Part shown: piece after piece, positions 59,662 through 64,000 of the stretch
Layout: every line of letters starts with the position of its first letter
How positions within the stretch are numbered: the first letter of the stretch is position 1
Source: Candidatus Heimdallarchaeota archaeon
GTDB lineage: Archaea; Asgardarchaeota; Heimdallarchaeia; JABLTI01
Direction: 5' to 3'
NCBI GenBank assembly: GCA_018238155.1
Contig: JABCTZ010000046.1
Span: forward strand, 224,001 to 288,000
Length of the DNA: 64,000 nucleotides
Translations under genes and position numbers: made by a program
Notes under the pieces: model-generated
Databases searched by the model: none
What the model saw: only the letters and a program-made list of their open reading frames with translations
Told to the model about the DNA's origin: nothing

Positions 59662-61059
59662 TCATTGAATATTTTTAGTTTGTATATTAGTTTCACTCTT
59701 AGAATAATCTGAAGTAAACAATTTTTTCTTAAAAATAAAAAGAAAACCAAACAATAAAACAACCAGCTCAATACTGCCAGCTATATAGAGAAAAATACTC
59801 GGTGGAATATTTTCAATAAACATAGTGATCAAAGTTATTATTGTTAATCCTGTTGTCAGAGTTAATGAACTTAGAAAATATTCAACACTGAGCACTCTCC
59901 CTTGTTTTTCATAAGGAGTATTTTCTTGAATCAATGTTTCAAATGTAATGCCAAAAAAGCCATCTACTATTCCAAAAGGTAACATTATTAAGAAAACCAT
60001 TAACCACTCATTACGGATAAATGCCATTAAAATCATTGCCGTTCCTTCTATCACAAGTAATCCTGTCATGAGTACAACCTTTCTATCAAGACGCTTAAAC
60101 AACATTACAACTAATCCGGCAAGAATTGCAGCACCAGCAACAACAGATTCCATTGCTCCAAACCAAGTGCTATTTAGATTCATTTCAGCAGGGTCTTGTA
60201 ATATTACTGGCCACATGATGTCTATTCCAGCAAATGCAAAACTAACAAATGCCATTATCACAATGACAAAACCTATTTTTGGAGAGGATCTTATCGCACT
60301 AATTCCTACTTTGAAATCGTTTACAACTATTCTAAGCTTGGATTTTGAATTCTTAAACTCTTCAAGAGAAAGTCCATTTTCAGGTGGTTTTTGCCCTTTC
60401 AGAACCAATAACAAAAAAAACAAGATTGAAATAAATGAAGTAATAATTGCAAAAATGAATCCAATTGAATAGTCTACAGCGATAAGTACACCAGAAATAA
60501 TTGGTCCTAGTACTCCTGCAACTTGCAATGCTGTAGAGCTAAAAGAATTTGCTTTTAACAAATTTCTCTTTTTGATAATTAGTTTTGTGTATGCGCTCTT
60601 TGCAGGAGAGAAAAAGGGCCAGATTGAAACTCTTATAGTAAATAACAAATATAATAATATCAAATATAGAGAACTTTGTATCGTATTTTGGAGAAAATAA
60701 ACTATGACTAATCCTATTGCGGTTATCAATCGTACAACAATAGAAAAGAGCATTATTTTTCGCTGATCAACTCTATCAACAATTACTCCTGCAAAAGGTG
60801 CTAGAAAAATTAGAGGAAGCATAGTAACTATTTGAAATACACCTATCATAGTAGTGCTTTGCGTAAAAGAATAGATTAGAAACATTAGAGCAATGTATAT
60901 AGCGTTTGCGCCCATTAGCTCAAAAATATGACCTGAGAATACAAACAAAAATGATTTATTTGAAAGCACTTCCTTTAAACTTGGAGGTATATCATCTTCT
61001 TGAGAAGATTTAGCGGCACTCATTAAATCTTCCTCACTAACAAAATCATCTCGAATCAA
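59662..61059 (-). CDS. MFS transporter (DHA3/macrolide-efflux-like)
   Basis: Twelve TMs; GVIVDRVDQRK, QENTPYEKQGRV. Confidence 0.9.
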   Translation of the reverse strand: MIRDDFVSEEDLMSAAKSSQEDDIPPSLKEVLSNKSFLFVFSGHIFELMGANAIYIALMFLIYSFTQSTTMIGVFQIVTMLPLIFLAPFAGVIVDRVDQRKIMLFSIVVRLITAIGLVIVYFLQNTIQSSLYLILLYLLFTIRVSIWPFFSPAKSAYTKLIIKKRNLLKANSFSSTALQVAGVLGPIISGVLIAVDYSIGFIFAIITSFISILFFLLLVLKGQKPPENGLSLEEFKNSKSKLRIVVNDFKVGISAIRSSPKIGFVIVIMAFVSFAFAGIDIMWPVILQDPAEMNLNSTWFGAMESVVAGAAILAGLVVMLFKRLDRKVVLMTGLLVIEGTAMILMAFIRNEWLMVFLIMLPFGIVDGFFGITFETLIQENTPYEKQGRVLSVEYFLSSLTLTTGLTIITLITMFIENIPPSIFLYIAGSIELVVLLFGFLFIFKKKLFTSDYSKSETNIQTKNIQ

Positions 61060-61223
61060 ACATAAGACCTTCGAATAAAGCTATTTTGAATTATTAAGTT
61101 AATAACGATTTTTAAACACTTTAGTAGAATAGCTAATTCGACAAAACTATTTTAGTAGTAGTTTTTCGAAATAATCTTTATAACAATCAATTGTGATTAT
61201 ATTAATAGGAGATACTTTCTCTG

Positions 61224-61985
61224 ATGGTAATACCTAAAATTGGGTTTCTCTTCGATGTCGATGGTACATTAACATATTATAGAGGAAACGATTCAATTGT
61301 GGATCTTCTCATCATTAATGATCTTGAAGCGATTAGAAAGAGAAAACATCCAATAGGGCTTATTACAGGTAGAAGTGTCAATTGGGTAAGGCAAATATTT
61401 TTTGAACATATCAATCAATCTTTGAAAGAATATATACAAATTTTTGGTGAATTTGGTCTTGTTGTTTGGCATAATGGCAAAAAGAGAAAGGGACGAATAA
61501 ATTCCGACACTAGAAAGGCTCTTACCGAAATTAAAAAGAAAATAATTGATAGAATTTGTTTTGATAGAGATTTAGAAACGATTGTTAGTTATGAAGCTCC
61601 ACAAAAAAGAGCTCTTTGGATTGAACCAAAAGAAATTATGTTAACATTTAGAACAATGCCGACATTCGGTTTGACTATTGATGTTTATCAAGCATTAATT
61701 GAACCAATTATTGCAGATTATAGTGATTTATTGCGATTGGAATCAAATCCTTACGCAGCAGATATTTTACCTATTAATGCGAACAAGAAAAAGGGAGCAG
61801 AAACAGCAATTAAAAAATTAGACCCTGAAAAGAAAGTCAAGAAATGGTATGCTTTTGGAGATTCCACATCCGATAGAAAAATGGAAGAAGCAAAGGGTAG
61901 TACTGTTGATTTTTATCTCATTCCAAGAGGAGATACAAGTAAAGCCCATTATATAATACAAAATTTATTGATAGGAAGAGAATAG
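61224..61985 (+). CDS. HAD superfamily (IIB) hydrolase
   Basis: FDVDGTL, ITGRS, NKKKG, AFGDSTSD..M. Confidence 0.88.
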   Translation: MVIPKIGFLFDVDGTLTYYRGNDSIVDLLIINDLEAIRKRKHPIGLITGRSVNWVRQIFFEHINQSLKEYIQIFGEFGLVVWHNGKKRKGRINSDTRKALTEIKKKIIDRICFDRDLETIVSYEAPQKRALWIEPKEIMLTFRTMPTFGLTIDVYQALIEPIIADYSDLLRLESNPYAADILPINANKKKGAETAIKKLDPEKKVKKWYAFGDSTSDRKMEEAKGSTVDFYLIPRGDTSKAHYIIQNLLIGRE

Positions 61986-62010
61986 GTCTGTTTAACAGCT
62001 TACCAAATTC

Positions 62011-62979
62011 TTAAAGGAAAATTGTTAAGATACTAATTAGAAAGGCAATTACTGAAATTAGAAAGGACAAAGAAGCAATGAAAAAACTAATGAAACGTTG
62101 TTTTTCAGCTATCCTTGCTGAATCAATATTTGTTTTCACCATATCTTTGATTACATCAGCTAGTTTCAAGAGAATATCATCATCAATCGCACGCATTCGT
62201 TGTCTTGTTACTGGTTTTGCGGCATTACGTAAACGGCGCAATTGTTCATAAATTCCACCTTGATAAATTGCATTAATTAATGTCTGTTTAAACTCATGTG
62301 GTATCCAACCATCACAGAAAACCATCACACTTCTAACACTGACTCGAATATAATGTTCTTTGAAACTAAATAAACTAAACCATTTTCCTCTTTCGGGCAA
62401 AGTATAAGTTAATGCTGTGCTGGGTATTGAAAATATTGGATCAACATTATTGACCTTAGAATATTCATATTCTTCTTTAATGATTTTTGCACCATTTTTT
62501 ACGATAATCAATGGATAGGAAAAAATATCTTTTATTTCCCATGGTTTTTCTCCAACACCATCGGGATCTTCTGCAGTAACTTTGAATCCTTTCAAATCCT
62601 CAAATACAAATTTCAAATCACGAAGAATATCATCTCTATGCTCTTTAATTTCAAAAAATTCTTCAAAACCTAATGTCAAACGAATTATCAATCTTTGATT
62701 ATAAAAACCGATAAGTGGTGATCGAATTATATCCACATAAGAGGTATAGGGGTCTACTTTTGCAAGTTTGAAAGATTCTTCAATACTAGGCATATTGATT
62801 TCTGTTATTGTTCCTTTAATGAAGAAGTCAGGATGTGGTATCATCTTCCTAAATGATTCTAGAATTTTAACCCATAATTCATTTAATTGTCTTGAAGAGA
62901 GATTTGAGATAGGTAAACCAAAATCAAATAGTGCAAGAATATACCAAGCAACATAGTCTTTTTCTTTTTTTCTTGCCAA
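62011..62979 (-). CDS. Hypothetical tail-anchored protein
   Basis: Soluble domain, helical stalk and a single TM at the extreme C-terminus; TTG start after GGAG. Confidence 0.7.
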   Translation of the reverse strand: MARKKEKDYVAWYILALFDFGLPISNLSSRQLNELWVKILESFRKMIPHPDFFIKGTITEINMPSIEESFKLAKVDPYTSYVDIIRSPLIGFYNQRLIIRLTLGFEEFFEIKEHRDDILRDLKFVFEDLKGFKVTAEDPDGVGEKPWEIKDIFSYPLIIVKNGAKIIKEEYEYSKVNNVDPIFSIPSTALTYTLPERGKWFSLFSFKEHYIRVSVRSVMVFCDGWIPHEFKQTLINAIYQGGIYEQLRRLRNAAKPVTRQRMRAIDDDILLKLADVIKDMVKTNIDSARIAEKQRFISFFIASLSFLISVIAFLISILTIFL

Positions 62980-63081
62980 TCCATTTTACTCCTTTACACG
63001 ATAGCGATGATAATCATTTGCAACATCATTATTTAATTAATTGGATTATTAATGACTTTCTGATTCCTCAATGGAGCACTA

Positions 63082-63711
63082 TTATGATTTTATTGATAAT
63101 TGATAGAGAATAATATCTTCTTTTCCTTCTGAGACTTTATCAAGAAATTTGTAAAGGAAATTATTTGTGTTAAATAATTCAACCAATTTAGAGTGATTCG
63201 TTTTTGAAGAGACTACTAAATAGACTAATCCCGTAGATTTCAAAACCATTGAAAGATTCTCAATAAAAGGAACAATTACCTCGAGACCATCTCTTCCTCC
63301 GGACCAAGCTTTTTCTAGCATTCCATTATCTGAAAGAGGGAGATAAGGCGAGTTAAATAATATAATATCAAAAAACTGTTTGAAATTATTTTGGTGTTTT
63401 GTTGCTGTAAACAAGTTTGAAGAATAGACCATCAAATTTAGTCTGTTCCTTATGGCGTTCTGATGTGTAGAAATAGCCGCAGCAAAATTTACATCCAAAC
63501 AAAAATATTCAGCCGAAGGGAATTTTTTTGCTAAATAAAGAGAGACATATCCAGAACCGGAACCTACCTCGAGAACTTTTTGATTTGAATGAACAACAAC
63601 ATTTTCTGCTAGTAGAAATGAATCTTCAGCAGGATCATAGACATTCTTAGGTATTACTAGATTCAAACCATCTACTGATTTCTTCATTAATTTGCACCAT
63701 GGATAAATCAT
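63082..63711 (-). CDS. HemK2/PrmC-like (N6AMT1/Mtq2 family) methyltransferase
   Basis: VYDPAEDSFLL, VLEVGSGSG, FNSPY, WSGGRDG. Start is 63711 (ATGA overlap) or 63687. Confidence 0.9.
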   Translation of the reverse strand: MIYPWCKLMKKSVDGLNLVIPKNVYDPAEDSFLLAENVVVHSNQKVLEVGSGSGYVSLYLAKKFPSAEYFCLDVNFAAAISTHQNAIRNRLNLMVYSSNLFTATKHQNNFKQFFDIILFNSPYLPLSDNGMLEKAWSGGRDGLEVIVPFIENLSMVLKSTGLVYLVVSSKTNHSKLVELFNTNNFLYKFLDKVSEGKEDIILYQLSIKS

Positions 63712-63998
63712 TTTTCAGGTAAGAGATGTTGTTTATTCGTCTCTTGTAAAAGATCTCTTAATTCATTTGTAATCACTACGATATCTTCAATGCTTAATTC
63801 TCGTACTCTCACTTTTGCAGAAGTTAAAGCAGCATCCATCTTCTTTTTGAAATTAATTCGTTGATCCTTCTCAAGAGATTTCTTGAAATAGGCATAAAAA
63901 ACCGTTGAAACAAGTTTATTCTTTGTATTAAACAGAATTCTTGTAATTACTCCATAAGTTTTTGGATCAACTGGAAGATCTTCAACTCTAAGTTTTAT
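63708..63998 (-). CDS. rsmA: 16S rRNA dimethyladenosine transferase KsgA/Dim1, C-terminal part only
   Basis: Frame is open to the window edge: ...ITRILFNTKNKLV...RVRELSIEDIVVITNEL...*. ksgA-hemK adjacency is common in archaea. Confidence 0.7.
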   Translation of the reverse strand: MKLRVEDLPVDPKTYGVITRILFNTKNKLVSTVFYAYFKKSLEKDQRINFKKKMDAALTSAKVRVRELSIEDIVVITNELRDLLQETNKQHLLPEK

Positions 63999-64000
63999 TT

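Noticed and set aside
59948-60472. 174-aa + strand ORF and the other short ORFs nested antisense in long genes (e.g. 3442-3774, 4372-4737, 14787-15179, 41585-42019)
   Set aside because: They are antisense or alternate-frame shadows of well-supported genes, without motifs.
1-64000. tRNA, rRNA, transposase, integrase or recognisable defence operon
   Set aside because: I saw no cloverleaf/T-loop signature, long GC-rich RNA gene or mobile-element protein by eye. tRNAscan-SE, Infernal and DefenseFinder would be needed to exclude them formally. The Sir2 and TatD genes look like housekeeping types.

Overview
AT-rich archaeal chromosomal window of about 55 densely packed genes. I saw no rRNA, tRNA, CRISPR array or mobile element. 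TBP, a HemK2-type methyltransferase next to a partial ksgA/Dim1, a HARP protein-only RNase P and an RFAP synthase identify it as archaeal. A two-domain gelsolin and a longin-fold protein (eukaryotic signature proteins) point to Asgard archaea, possibly Heimdallarchaeia (inference). Content is mostly housekeeping and peptide-scavenging: ileS, guaA, a dispersed oppA/B/C/D/F locus with an FtsX-type ABC system inside it, M24/M61/aspartyl peptidases, carbamate kinase and transporters. Items the ORF track missed: a CdrS-like ribbon-helix-helix gene (6003-6149) behind a hairpin-rich leader, a 53-aa zinc-ribbon gene (12030-12191), an internally deleted aldo/keto reductase (53191-53361), a partial ksgA, and a Shine-Dalgarno-led Ile-Ile uORF upstream of ileS. 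The best candidate for an undescribed system is the ileS locus: both class I catalytic motifs are rewritten (GMHH for HxGH, AMHRS for KMSKS) and a possible isoleucine-sensing leader peptide lies upstream. Other leads are recurrent hairpin plus T-tract 3' ends, a SIRT6/7-like sirtuin, a membrane enzyme resembling GPI ethanolamine-phosphate transferases, and an LRR protein with a fixed scaffold and variable face. All family calls come from motif recognition by eye; no database search was run.
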